A stretch of 32,000 nt of DNA, taken from NCBI GenBank assembly GCA_027460535.1, contig JAPZAR010000024.1, positions 102,830 through 134,829 of the forward strand, in the 5' to 3' direction. Positions 1-7,783 of this stretch are shown here, one piece after another. Both the position numbers and the translations under genes were made by a program. Below the pieces are notes generated by a model. That model worked only from the letters and a program-made list of their open reading frames with translations. It was not told the origin of the DNA and ran no database searches. Position 1 is the stretch's first letter. Every line of letters starts with the position of its first letter. The stretch is from Candidatus Methanoperedens sp. GTDB lineage: Archaea; Halobacteriota; Methanosarcinia; Methanosarcinales; Methanoperedenaceae.

Positions 1-251
1 CTACCAGCAGACATTTTCGGAGCTATTTCACTTATGGTTTTTCCGGTTATATTTATCGGGACCGAGATCATCACTATATCGCTTGTTTTTATCTCACTGT
101 CAATATCCTCGGCAAACCGAACACCCAAAGCCTCAGCTATATCTTTTCTCTTATTGATCCCCCATATCACGACTTCAAAACCATGCTTGCTATAAAATTT
201 AACGAACCACCGTCCCGTTTCGCCCGTACCGCCAATGATCAATATTTTCAT
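1..251 (-). CDS. tyrA: prephenate dehydrogenase, N-terminal part (gene runs off the left edge)
   Basis: Not in the ORF track. My reverse-complement translation from the ATG at 251 gives MKILIIGGTGETGRWFVKFYSKHGFEVVIWGINKRKDIAEALGVRFAEDIDSEIKTSDIVMISVPINITGKTISEIAPKMSAG. This is a GxGxxG Rossmann N-terminus typical of archaeal TyrA. The ATG overlaps the aroE stop (ATGA at 248-251). Confidence 0.65.
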   Translation of the reverse strand, partial: MKILIIGGTGETGRWFVKFYSKHGFEVVIWGINKRKDIAEALGVRFAEDIDSEIKTSDIVMISVPINITGKTISEIAPKMSAG

Positions 252-1063
252 GCCAGTCTCTCCCTTACTGCTTTTTCCATGACATCAACTGGCGGTGTCT
301 TCCCTGTCCATATCCTGAATGCTTCTGCACCCTGGTATACGAGCATCATTACCCCGTCGATAGTTCTTGCACCCGCTTTCCTGGCTTCCTGGAGCAGTTT
401 CGTGCTCATCGGATTGTAGACGATATCGAAAACCACCAGGCTGCTATGCATCATTTCCGAAGTTACCATGGTCTCCTCAATTTTCGGAAGCATGCCAACA
501 GCGGTGGAGTTTATGAGAATATCACAGTTTGAAATCCGTTCCTTCAGATCATCAATACCACAACCCCTGGCTTTTCCAACATTTCTTACATCTTTCGCAA
601 GAGCTTCCGCCCTCTCGACTGTCCTGTTGGCGATCGTGACACTGGCGCCATCCTTTGCCAGCTGGAACGCAATTGCACGCGCAGCGCCCCCCGCGCCAAG
701 GAGAAGTACATTTTTCCCTTTGACCTTGATGCCGTTGCTTTCAAGAGCCATTTTGGCACCGATGCCGTCAGTGTTATATCCCTGGATCCCATTTTTGAAA
801 TCCACCGTGTTCACGGCGCCTATCTGCTTTGCGAGATCTGATGGTTTTACTATTTCCAGGGCTTTTTCCTTCAGTGGAATGGTCAGGTTCAACCCGCCAA
901 ACCCAAGAGCGCATGCTCCGTGTATCGCATCTCGGAGGGCTTCAGGACTCACCCTGAATGCATGGTATTCGCACTCCAATCCCAGGGCTTTAAAGGCAGC
1001 ATTATGCATGACCGGGGAAAGGCTGTGTGATACAGGGTCACCAAGGACACCGAACAATATCAT
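248..1063 (-). CDS. aroE: shikimate 5-dehydrogenase
   Basis: 271-aa ORF. The N-terminus GVLGDPVSHSLSPVMHNAAF, then GLNLTIPLKE, NTDGIG and the GAGGAARA NADP-binding loop are the classic AroE signature. Confidence 0.9.
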   Translation of the reverse strand: MILFGVLGDPVSHSLSPVMHNAAFKALGLECEYHAFRVSPEALRDAIHGACALGFGGLNLTIPLKEKALEIVKPSDLAKQIGAVNTVDFKNGIQGYNTDGIGAKMALESNGIKVKGKNVLLLGAGGAARAIAFQLAKDGASVTIANRTVERAEALAKDVRNVGKARGCGIDDLKERISNCDILINSTAVGMLPKIEETMVTSEMMHSSLVVFDIVYNPMSTKLLQEARKAGARTIDGVMMLVYQGAEAFRIWTGKTPPVDVMEKAVRERLA

Positions 1064-1073
1064 GCTATCTTAA

Positions 1074-2054
1074 TTACTGGTGAAGGTTAAAAAAGTATTC
1101 TGACAGGTTATCATAATGCGGTGGTTCTTTATGGACTTCCTTGATGTACCTGAACTCAAATATTTCCTGTTCAGGTAATCTTCTTGAAATATATTTTAAG
1201 CTATGAAGCACGGGCACGAAAGCCATAGTTGAGGCGACAAACTCGCACGACAATGCAGCGCAGTATTTGGGCGAGACACAGTAAGCATCAAGAACAAAAT
1301 CCGCATCAACGATACCTGTGAGTTTCGATACTATCCCTGCCGCCTTCATGGGATCTTTCCGGATAAAATTACTCGCCTTTTCATGCAGCTTCAGGAATCC
1401 CAATATCAAATCTGGATCCTGCATCAATTCCCTTCTGATTACTATCCCATAGCTTGGGTTATTGGGCCAGAGAACGTACGGTGCAATGATTATCTTAGCC
1501 CCGCACGCACGCGCTGCTGCCACAGCAAGTGATGGCGTCCCGACAGCGGCATCTATCTCCCTATCCGCCAGCGCCTCCAGCACAAAGTCCGTCCAAGCGA
1601 AATTCTTCACCCCAATGTCAAGTTTCGCTTCCTCCAGAGCATTTCGGATAATGACGTCGTGAATTGAGCCTCTGGGGGGGGAGCCGATGATTTTTCCCTT
1701 AAACTGCGAGAGTGCAGAATTGAAATCCTTCAGGTCATCAAAAATCCTGTATTCCTTTTGGGCTATCAACACCGTGCCTTCGACATGTCCCCCTGCCACG
1801 CATGTTATCGGCACGCCTCGGTCAATGCCTATGATTGCGGGAGGGAGACCGATGTATCCTATATCTATTTCTTTGTTCTCAAAAGCCTTCACGATATCAG
1901 GACCTGAGGCAAAGAGTTTCCAGTTCGCCCGGATGCCAGCTTTATCGAGCCAGTCCGTGCCCATCAGGATAAAAGAGGTGTGATAGACGGTTGAGAGATG
2001 GCCGATGTTGATGGGCTTTAAGTTATCGTGATTGCCATTATCATTTTTCTTCAT
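1074..2054 (-). CDS. NMT1/THI5 (SsuA-like) substrate-binding-fold protein with no signal peptide
   Basis: 326-aa ORF. INIGHLSTVYHTSF...AGIRANWKLFASGPDIVKAFENKEIDIGYIGLPPAI resembles the periplasmic-binding-protein fold of nitrate/sulfonate/bicarbonate binding proteins. The N-terminus is hydrophilic (MKKNDNGNHDNLKP). Its start overlaps the upstream gene by 14 nt. Confidence 0.5.
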   Translation of the reverse strand: MKKNDNGNHDNLKPINIGHLSTVYHTSFILMGTDWLDKAGIRANWKLFASGPDIVKAFENKEIDIGYIGLPPAIIGIDRGVPITCVAGGHVEGTVLIAQKEYRIFDDLKDFNSALSQFKGKIIGSPPRGSIHDVIIRNALEEAKLDIGVKNFAWTDFVLEALADREIDAAVGTPSLAVAAARACGAKIIIAPYVLWPNNPSYGIVIRRELMQDPDLILGFLKLHEKASNFIRKDPMKAAGIVSKLTGIVDADFVLDAYCVSPKYCAALSCEFVASTMAFVPVLHSLKYISRRLPEQEIFEFRYIKEVHKEPPHYDNLSEYFFNLHQ

Positions 2055-2601
2055 ACTTCTTGTACATCTTCTTCAAATCCAGAAGGCCCTCATAAACCCC
2101 AATTTTTTTGCTTATCCTCTCAAGATACTCCATTTTAAGAGAATTATACTGTCTTATGTAAATACCAAGAGCATCCTTGATATCCTGTTCCCTTGAAAAA
2201 AGTAACTTGTTTGCAATTGTATCCTCTGGAGAGGCTATGTAAATCACAGTATCATCGAGCCTTACTTTCTTTTTATTTCTGAGCACTCTTTCATCCAACT
2301 CGCTGTAAACTCCCTTAATGTCCAGTCTGAGCATTGTTTCTTTATCTTCAATTGTGCTGTGAGATTTTTCCAGAAGCGCAGCTCGCATATCATTTTCAGA
2401 TGCGTAGAACCCATTTTCTTGCAGGAACTTCATTAGGACAGGTATATCTTTATCTGAAAACTGAATAACATAATCAATATCCATTGTAGTCCTAGGATTG
2501 CCATAGAACAGGACTGCTATCCCTCCTACGATGACGTATTCTATGCTATTCTCGTCCAGGAAATTACACACCAGATTTAAAATGTCTTCAATTTTCCTCA
2601 T
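2041..2601 (-). CDS. minimal pol-beta-superfamily nucleotidyltransferase (archaeal DUF2204/DUF6036-like)
   Basis: 186-aa ORF. IVGGIAVLFYGNPRTTMDIDYVI fits the G[GS]-x(9-13)-DxD nucleotidyltransferase motif. Confidence 0.55.
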   Translation of the reverse strand: MRKIEDILNLVCNFLDENSIEYVIVGGIAVLFYGNPRTTMDIDYVIQFSDKDIPVLMKFLQENGFYASENDMRAALLEKSHSTIEDKETMLRLDIKGVYSELDERVLRNKKKVRLDDTVIYIASPEDTIANKLLFSREQDIKDALGIYIRQYNSLKMEYLERISKKIGVYEGLLDLKKMYKKYEEK

Positions 2602-2758
2602 GCTGGGCCTTCTTTACTCGCAAGGCGAAATCGATCAGGTCCATCCCCTGACGAAGGGTTGCAAGACCAGAGAATTTCCTTGCCCTGAATGCATCGCGTA
2701 CCAGTTCTTTTTCTGTGGTTTCCCTGACTTTTTTCCTGAGTTCTTCTAAATCCATCAT
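2588..2758 (-). CDS. 56-aa small protein, possible partner or antitoxin of the nucleotidyltransferase
   Basis: Below the ORF-track cutoff. My translation is MMDLEELRKKVRETTEKELVRDAFRARKFSGLATLRQGMDLIDFALRVKKAQHEEN. Its 3' end overlaps the nucleotidyltransferase start by 14 nt, which suggests translational coupling. Confidence 0.4.
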   Translation of the reverse strand: MMDLEELRKKVRETTEKELVRDAFRARKFSGLATLRQGMDLIDFALRVKKAQHEEN

Positions 2759-2895
2759 TTATAATATCAATAATTCTTTTATTATTCTAATAGCTTGCTC
2801 AGGTTCAGAGGTCACTATTGGCCAAAAGTGACCGACAGACTTTAGCATCGATATAATAAACTCTTATATCCCCCCTCCAACAATCCATATCCCCC

Positions 2896-3372
2896 ATGAT
2901 ACCGATAGAAAAATCCTCAGGCATAGGCGGCATGCTCACGGCATTCAGGAAACTTGTACGGGGCAGGGAAAAGATAACCTTCATAGGCTGCCCGGGCTGG
3001 TGCAACCCTTTCGCTGAGCTGCTTGGTTATGTCCTGCGCGATGCAGGGAAAGAAATGGTCTTTATTCCGAACCTGAGGAAAGGTATGGCTGTAAAGGTAA
3101 TAATGACAGATTACGGCATGCAGCTCGGAGAGAAAGCCGATCCTTCCTCTGACACGGTGGTACTTCTTGGAGGCCTTGCGATGCCCAAGATGGAAGTTGA
3201 TGTTAATGATCTCAAGACACTGATCAATGAGGTCACGGATGGGCATTCCGGAAAGCAGATACTTGGGGTCTGCATCGGCGGGGTTTTCCAGAAAGCAGGA
3301 TGGGATAAGCTGGTCGATTTTGATTACCTGATGGACGCAGATATGGAAGTCACGACATACGCGTTCAAATGA
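2896..3372 (+). CDS. conserved archaeal hypothetical protein (DUF2124-like)
   Basis: 158-aa ORF containing ITFIGCPGWCNPFAELLGYVLRD. Its 3' end overlaps the next gene (ATGA at 3369-3372). The family assignment is from memory only. Confidence 0.4.
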   Translation: MIPIEKSSGIGGMLTAFRKLVRGREKITFIGCPGWCNPFAELLGYVLRDAGKEMVFIPNLRKGMAVKVIMTDYGMQLGEKADPSSDTVVLLGGLAMPKMEVDVNDLKTLINEVTDGHSGKQILGVCIGGVFQKAGWDKLVDFDYLMDADMEVTTYAFK

Positions 3373-3923
3373 GTCCAGAAGTAAACAATATATTGTCAAA
3401 GAATAAAGCTGTAAGTGATAAAATGGAATGGGAAACCGATGCGGCCAGAGAGCTTGAGAAAGTACCCGAGCATGTACGAAAAATGGCAAAAATGGGTATC
3501 GAAGCATCTGTAGAAAAGAAGGGAAAAAACATTGTAACCCTGGGCGATGTTAAAGAAGCTGCGGAGCGTTTTGGCGCTTTAATGGAAAAGGATGAAAAGG
3601 CAAAGAAGATTGCTGTGGTCAGGTGTGATATCGTAAGTGAGACCTGCCCCGGCGTGGCATGCTTCAAGGCTTTCAATAAAAGGAAAGTTCATTTCAGCGG
3701 GTACGGCGAAGCTGAGATCATTGGATTTTTCACATGCGGAGGATGCCCTGGCAGGCGGGTCTTCAGGCTTGTGGACAGTCTTCAGAAGCACGGCGTGGAT
3801 GCGATTCACATAAGTTCATGCATGTTGATGGAAGGCGGTTATCCAAAATGCCCCCATATAGACGAGATAAAGCAGATGATACTTAAAAAAGGAGTGAAGG
3901 TCGTCGAGGGGACGCATCATTGA
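3369..3923 (+). CDS. CGGC-domain protein with an N-terminal PCP-reductase-C-terminal-like domain
   Basis: 184-aa ORF. The N-terminus WETDAARELEKVPEHVRKMAKMGIEASVEKKG matches the protochlorophyllide-reductase C-terminal-domain pattern. The C-terminal half has CPGVAC and FTCGGCPGRR (CGGC motif). Confidence 0.65.
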   Translation: MSPEVNNILSKNKAVSDKMEWETDAARELEKVPEHVRKMAKMGIEASVEKKGKNIVTLGDVKEAAERFGALMEKDEKAKKIAVVRCDIVSETCPGVACFKAFNKRKVHFSGYGEAEIIGFFTCGGCPGRRVFRLVDSLQKHGVDAIHISSCMLMEGGYPKCPHIDEIKQMILKKGVKVVEGTHH

Positions 3924-4009
3924 GAGGCTTTATGTCTGGAAAAAGACAGTAATGGAGCTATTAGAAAGCTTTATTAATGTTCGTTAATATACGAATGAAT
4001 GGAGAAATT

Positions 4010-4216
4010 ATGACCATAACAAAAGATACAACAATAGAGGATGTAGTCAGCCAGTATCCTGAGACCATGATGGTATTTATGAGGCACGGCCTCCATTGCG
4101 TGGGATGCCACGTATCCGCGTTCGAGAGCATAGAAGATGGTGCATCGGCGCACGGGATAAACGTGGATGCGCTGGTGGAAGACCTGAATAAGGTCATATC
4201 GGCGAGAAAGAAATAA
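4010..4216 (+). CDS. DUF1858 / hybrid-cluster-protein-associated redox disulfide domain protein
   Basis: ITKDTTIEDVVSQYPETMMVFMRHGLHCVGCHVSAFESIEDGASAHGINVDALVEDLN is the canonical DUF1858 pattern with its CxxC. I chose the ATG at 4010, preceded by GGAG, rather than the track start at 3977. Confidence 0.6.
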   Translation: MTITKDTTIEDVVSQYPETMMVFMRHGLHCVGCHVSAFESIEDGASAHGINVDALVEDLNKVISARKK

Positions 4217-4295
4217 TCTTTTGGCATAAGCTACGTGTGGAATTCTGATGAATTATCTGCGGGATTAAAAATTTTTTGAGTTGCTGCCGGGGAGG

Positions 4296-5213
4296 TTATG
4301 CTACTACCCTTGTACCTGTTTTGCCCGCGAGAGCAGGCAGCGCCTTATCCAGGCTTGAGATAATGGCAGTCTTCCCTCCGGATCTGACGAACCAGAGCGC
4401 TGCAAGTACCTTTGGTTCCATGCTGCCTTTTCCGAAATGTCCTTCCTCAATATATTTTTCAGCCTCTGAAACAGATATTTTATCAAGGTCTATCTGATCC
4501 TCTTTTCCAAAATTCAGGGCCGCTTTCTCAACATCGGTTAGTATGAGAAGGATCTCTGCCCCAACCGCGGTCGCTATCAGGCTGCCCGTAAGATCTTTGT
4601 CAATGACCGCTTCGACGCCAGAAAGCAAATTGTTTTTTCTAATGACAGGGATCCCGCCTCCTCCTCCGGCTATAACTACGACACCTTCCTCAACCAGTTT
4701 TTTTATAATTTCTTCCTCAACTATCTGTCTGGGCAGTGGTGAAGCCACGACCCGCCTGTAACCTTTTTTATCCTTTATCATTTTCATGCCTTTCTCCATC
4801 ATCTTCCTTGCTCTGAATTCGGGATAATAAAGGCCGATCGGCTTGGTGGGAACCGAGCAACATGACTCATCCACAATCACCTGCGTGAGGATCGTCACGA
4901 CCTTTTTCTCTATTCCCTCCTCTTTCAGCCGGTTATCAAGGGATTGCTGAAGCAAATATCCAAGCATCCCCTGCGTCTGGGCCCCGCAAAGATCAAGGGG
5001 TTGCGGATGAACAAGACCGCACTCTTCCTGCATCGCAAGGATATTCCCTATCTGAGGGCCATTGCCATGGGTCACAACCACATCAAAATCATTTTGGATG
5101 ATCTGCGCGATCTCCCTGCAGGCTTCATCGATCATTCGCTGCTGCTCAACCGGACTTCCCTTTTCGGGATTCAATATCGCGTTACCACCAATTGCAATCA
5201 CTATTCTGGTCAT
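4296..5213 (-). CDS. arcC: carbamate kinase
   Basis: MTRIVIAIGGNAIL...VVTHGNGPQIGNIL...IAGGGGGIPV are carbamate kinase signatures. I chose the start at M14 of the track ORF (ATG 5213, preceded by GGGGAAA). Confidence 0.85.
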   Translation of the reverse strand: MTRIVIAIGGNAILNPEKGSPVEQQRMIDEACREIAQIIQNDFDVVVTHGNGPQIGNILAMQEECGLVHPQPLDLCGAQTQGMLGYLLQQSLDNRLKEEGIEKKVVTILTQVIVDESCCSVPTKPIGLYYPEFRARKMMEKGMKMIKDKKGYRRVVASPLPRQIVEEEIIKKLVEEGVVVIAGGGGGIPVIRKNNLLSGVEAVIDKDLTGSLIATAVGAEILLILTDVEKAALNFGKEDQIDLDKISVSEAEKYIEEGHFGKGSMEPKVLAALWFVRSGGKTAIISSLDKALPALAGKTGTRVVA

Positions 5214-5246
5214 TTTCCCCTGAATGTTCAATGACTTACATGGCTT

Positions 5247-5264
5247 TAACATATTATAATTTCG
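5247..5264. repeat. left copy of the 18-bp perfect direct repeat TAACATATTATAATTTCG
   Basis: An identical 18-mer occurs at 7722-7739. The two copies sit at the two edges of the AT-rich two-gene segment. The repeat contains a TATA-like core (ATATTATAAT). Confidence 0.85.
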
Positions 5265-5329
5265 GGTACTGTTAAGTTAATGAGTATGTAAAATACTATC
5301 TAAAGTTCTCAAAAATATAAAAATTTTTT

Positions 5330-6445
5330 TTAATTTACTTCAAAACCAAAATCACCTAATTCTCTATCTTTTTGCCTCTCTGTTTTATACTTTGATTGAA
5401 TTTCTTCAATAGCAGTCTCCTTCATACCATCAAGTTCTTCTTCCAATTGATTTTTTATCCATTTTTCTTCAAATATCTGTGCCAGTTTATCTGCTCTATA
5501 GCTTTTAGCTTTTATGCGATATTGATTGGGTTCTATAGTTGTTTTTTCTAAGAAATCAATTCTTAAACCCAAACTTAAAATTGATTTTGCTTCATTTTTT
5601 ATCACTCCATCATCCAGATAGAAAAGCTCTTTTGATAAATTTTCTATCAATTCATCTTCGCTCACAGTGAGTCCGGTTTCCTCAATTCTTGCAGCGAATA
5701 TAAGAGAATCAAGTTTAGAAACTGGATGACTTTGTGGGAAAAAATTAAACATCTTTCTATTTGATAAAACACGATTCTTCATTCTTTTATTGAGTTCATG
5801 GTCTCGGTGTATCATACTATTTTTTATAGTGGGTGGAATTATTTTTGGTGGGAAGGCTATAGAAATACCTTCTAATCCTGTAATAGGAGCATGCCAAACA
5901 ACAATTCCGCCACCTTTATCAATTGTTTTTCTTAAAATGTTTGGCGCATCTATAGAAGGTACTGCGATTACATATTCGAAATATACCATTTCATTTATAG
6001 GTATCTTGAGATATTTGGTTTTTATGTAATCCGTGTATTGAGTTATTGTAATAATTCTATCCTTATACTCATTTATTATCTTATCAGGATTTTTTGAAAT
6101 ACTTCCTTTTGCTTCTCCGAAAATTGCAATTCTTACTCTTTCTGTCGATTTATAAAGAAGAAAATCTACGTTTGGAATACTAAGTTCAGCCAAAGGGCTG
6201 GCTCGAATAAACCGATAATCAATACTTCTTAATGTTCCCTTCTCAGTAAACGGAGCAACACAAACATTTATCATCACTCTATGTTTTCGGTCAATTTCTA
6301 TGGCATTTTTTTTAGCTTTCTCGAGAAAATCTCTTTTAGAGTTGAAATTTTGTTCCACTTGGTATAATAGGTGTTTCTTTTCTTCTCTATATGCTTCTAT
6401 TAGACTTGGAGAGTGTAGGAACTTGATAAATTCCTCGTCGTCCAA
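5330..6445 (-). CDS. hypothetical protein with a PD-(D/E)xK-like nuclease motif and a possible C-terminal wHTH
   Basis: 371-aa ORF with a TTG start preceded by AGGAGAG. The segment AELSIPNVDFLLYKSTERVRIAIFGEAKGS fits E...D-x(n)-ExK of restriction-endonuclease-fold nucleases. The C-terminal half (SEDELIENLSKELFYLDDG...YRIKAK) is helix-rich. I recognised no family. Confidence 0.45.
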   Translation of the reverse strand: MDDEEFIKFLHSPSLIEAYREEKKHLLYQVEQNFNSKRDFLEKAKKNAIEIDRKHRVMINVCVAPFTEKGTLRSIDYRFIRASPLAELSIPNVDFLLYKSTERVRIAIFGEAKGSISKNPDKIINEYKDRIITITQYTDYIKTKYLKIPINEMVYFEYVIAVPSIDAPNILRKTIDKGGGIVVWHAPITGLEGISIAFPPKIIPPTIKNSMIHRDHELNKRMKNRVLSNRKMFNFFPQSHPVSKLDSLIFAARIEETGLTVSEDELIENLSKELFYLDDGVIKNEAKSILSLGLRIDFLEKTTIEPNQYRIKAKSYRADKLAQIFEEKWIKNQLEEELDGMKETAIEEIQSKYKTERQKDRELGDFGFEVN

Positions 6446-6457
6446 AAATTATCTCTC

Positions 6458-7531
6458 CTATTGTCTTTCATCGATTGTAGAGAGTTCTGCTTGTTCATCA
6501 ATAGATTCTGCTATTCCTCGATAGAAACCCAAAAGTGACTCAAAAGTCATTCGATATTTAGGTACAATAAGGATTTCAGACTCGCTTGCGCTAATATCAA
6601 ACACTGAACCTTTAATTTCATCAATTACTGTGGAAGTAAAACTCAATGACCCGATTTCAATATTTTTATCAATAAATGAAAAATCTTTAAGCTCCTTTGC
6701 TAAACTCTCTACAGTATAAGCGTCAATTTCTCGTTTATGGAGTTTAATTACTCCGACATCGACTGATGCAGATTTTAGATTTGATTCTCCAGAAGCGATG
6801 TTAAAGTTCAACGATTTAGAGATGTTTCTCATTTTTAAAATTGGGTCTTTTATTTCATCTAAGTAATTGAAGAATAATGAAAGCGCGGGGGATGATGGTT
6901 CTTGTGCTGAGAATAGACCCTCATTTGTAAGATGAAGTTTCAAATTTTCATTCACTTGGATATAAATGGAAGTGGGTAAAACCCCATATAATTCTTCAAT
7001 TTCCAACATTGTTTGCGTACCGTCATCACCTGTATAGTTGAATCGTCTTTCATAATTAGGCCTAATTCTGCTTGGTGTATCATCCAATAACTTTCTCTTA
7101 CTAGTGAATCTATACACAAAACTTCCATTATTCTGTTCAATTGTTTCTTTCCAAAAACGTCTAAAAAAGTCTGGTTTTATCCACATAGGAGTGGTGCCTC
7201 TTGACTTTTTTATTTTATTTTCTACAGATTTTTTATATCTCTCGTTATTTGCTGTTGTGAATAATAATAATAAACCCGGACTATATTCCAAAGCATAGTA
7301 TATTTCTTCAATTTCATCAGAAGATTCTACCTCTGGTGTAACTTTAAAAATTGCGCCTAATTGCGTAATCTCATCTATTTTAAACAAGGTGGTTTGCCAT
7401 GAATTATCCGAAACAAGAATGCAATAAATTTTAAGCCAATTCTTTCTTTCCTCTTCAAATATTTCATCGGAGTGTTCCATGAGATAATCTAAAAACTCAC
7501 CCACTGAATATTCTTTTTCAGGAATTTTCAT
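6458..7531 (-). CDS. hypothetical protein, first gene of the inserted operon
   Basis: 357-aa uninterrupted ORF in AT-rich DNA, which makes a chance ORF unlikely. It lies 12 nt upstream of the 371-aa gene. I could find no recognisable motif. Confidence 0.55.
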   Translation of the reverse strand: MKIPEKEYSVGEFLDYLMEHSDEIFEEERKNWLKIYCILVSDNSWQTTLFKIDEITQLGAIFKVTPEVESSDEIEEIYYALEYSPGLLLLFTTANNERYKKSVENKIKKSRGTTPMWIKPDFFRRFWKETIEQNNGSFVYRFTSKRKLLDDTPSRIRPNYERRFNYTGDDGTQTMLEIEELYGVLPTSIYIQVNENLKLHLTNEGLFSAQEPSSPALSLFFNYLDEIKDPILKMRNISKSLNFNIASGESNLKSASVDVGVIKLHKREIDAYTVESLAKELKDFSFIDKNIEIGSLSFTSTVIDEIKGSVFDISASESEILIVPKYRMTFESLLGFYRGIAESIDEQAELSTIDERQ

Positions 7532-7721
7532 TTTATTATCATTACTTCTTTTTTGTATATATAATATACTGCATAAACTTTATTTAACTCAGTGTTGGTT
7601 TTTAATGTTTTGTTCATCTTTGGGGTATACCAAATTGAGGAAGCCAAATACCTAACAAAATTAGATGGTTTGGAGGTTTAATGTTTTAAATCCGAGGTTA
7701 TTTTACCCCTACTCCTTAATC

Positions 7722-7739
7722 TAACATATTATAATTTCG
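7722..7739. repeat. right copy of the 18-bp perfect direct repeat TAACATATTATAATTTCG
   Basis: Identical to 5247-5264. It lies 45 bp upstream of the ATG at 7784. Confidence 0.85.
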
Positions 7740-7783
7740 TTACCTCTATATACTGTGAGATTAATTTCAACTGGGTACCTGAA

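Larger units (their letters stand above)
5247..7739. mobile_element. AT-rich ~2.5-kb insertion bounded by 18-bp direct repeats, carrying a two-gene operon
   Basis: The repeats lie at 5247-5264 and 7722-7739. The interior is visibly much more AT-rich than the flanking arcC and nucleotidyltransferase genes. No integrase or transposase is present. Confidence 0.55.

Noticed and set aside
468-1073. Long antisense or alternative-frame ORFs in the track (e.g. 468-1073+, 9017-9625+, 13517-13825+, 17949-18347+, 20480-21091-, 29535-30032+)
   Set aside because: Each lies opposite a gene with strong family signatures and has a low-complexity, Ser/Pro/Arg-rich translation typical of shadow ORFs.
5214-5252. 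N-terminal extensions of track ORFs (arcC 5214-5252, gpmI 20021-20125, FKBP 23499-23537, ABC ATPase 13816-13878, cofE 23559-23615)
   Set aside because: Family-typical N-termini and SD-like sequences point to the internal start codons. The extensions would also erase the promoter space of divergent neighbours.
7528-7617. 29-aa minus-strand ORF (MNKTLKTNTELNKVYAVYYIYKKEVMIIK) whose TGA overlaps the ATG of the 357-aa gene
   Set aside because: It has no SD and an AT-rich low-complexity composition. The stretch contains a TATATTATATATA element that is more plausibly the operon promoter.
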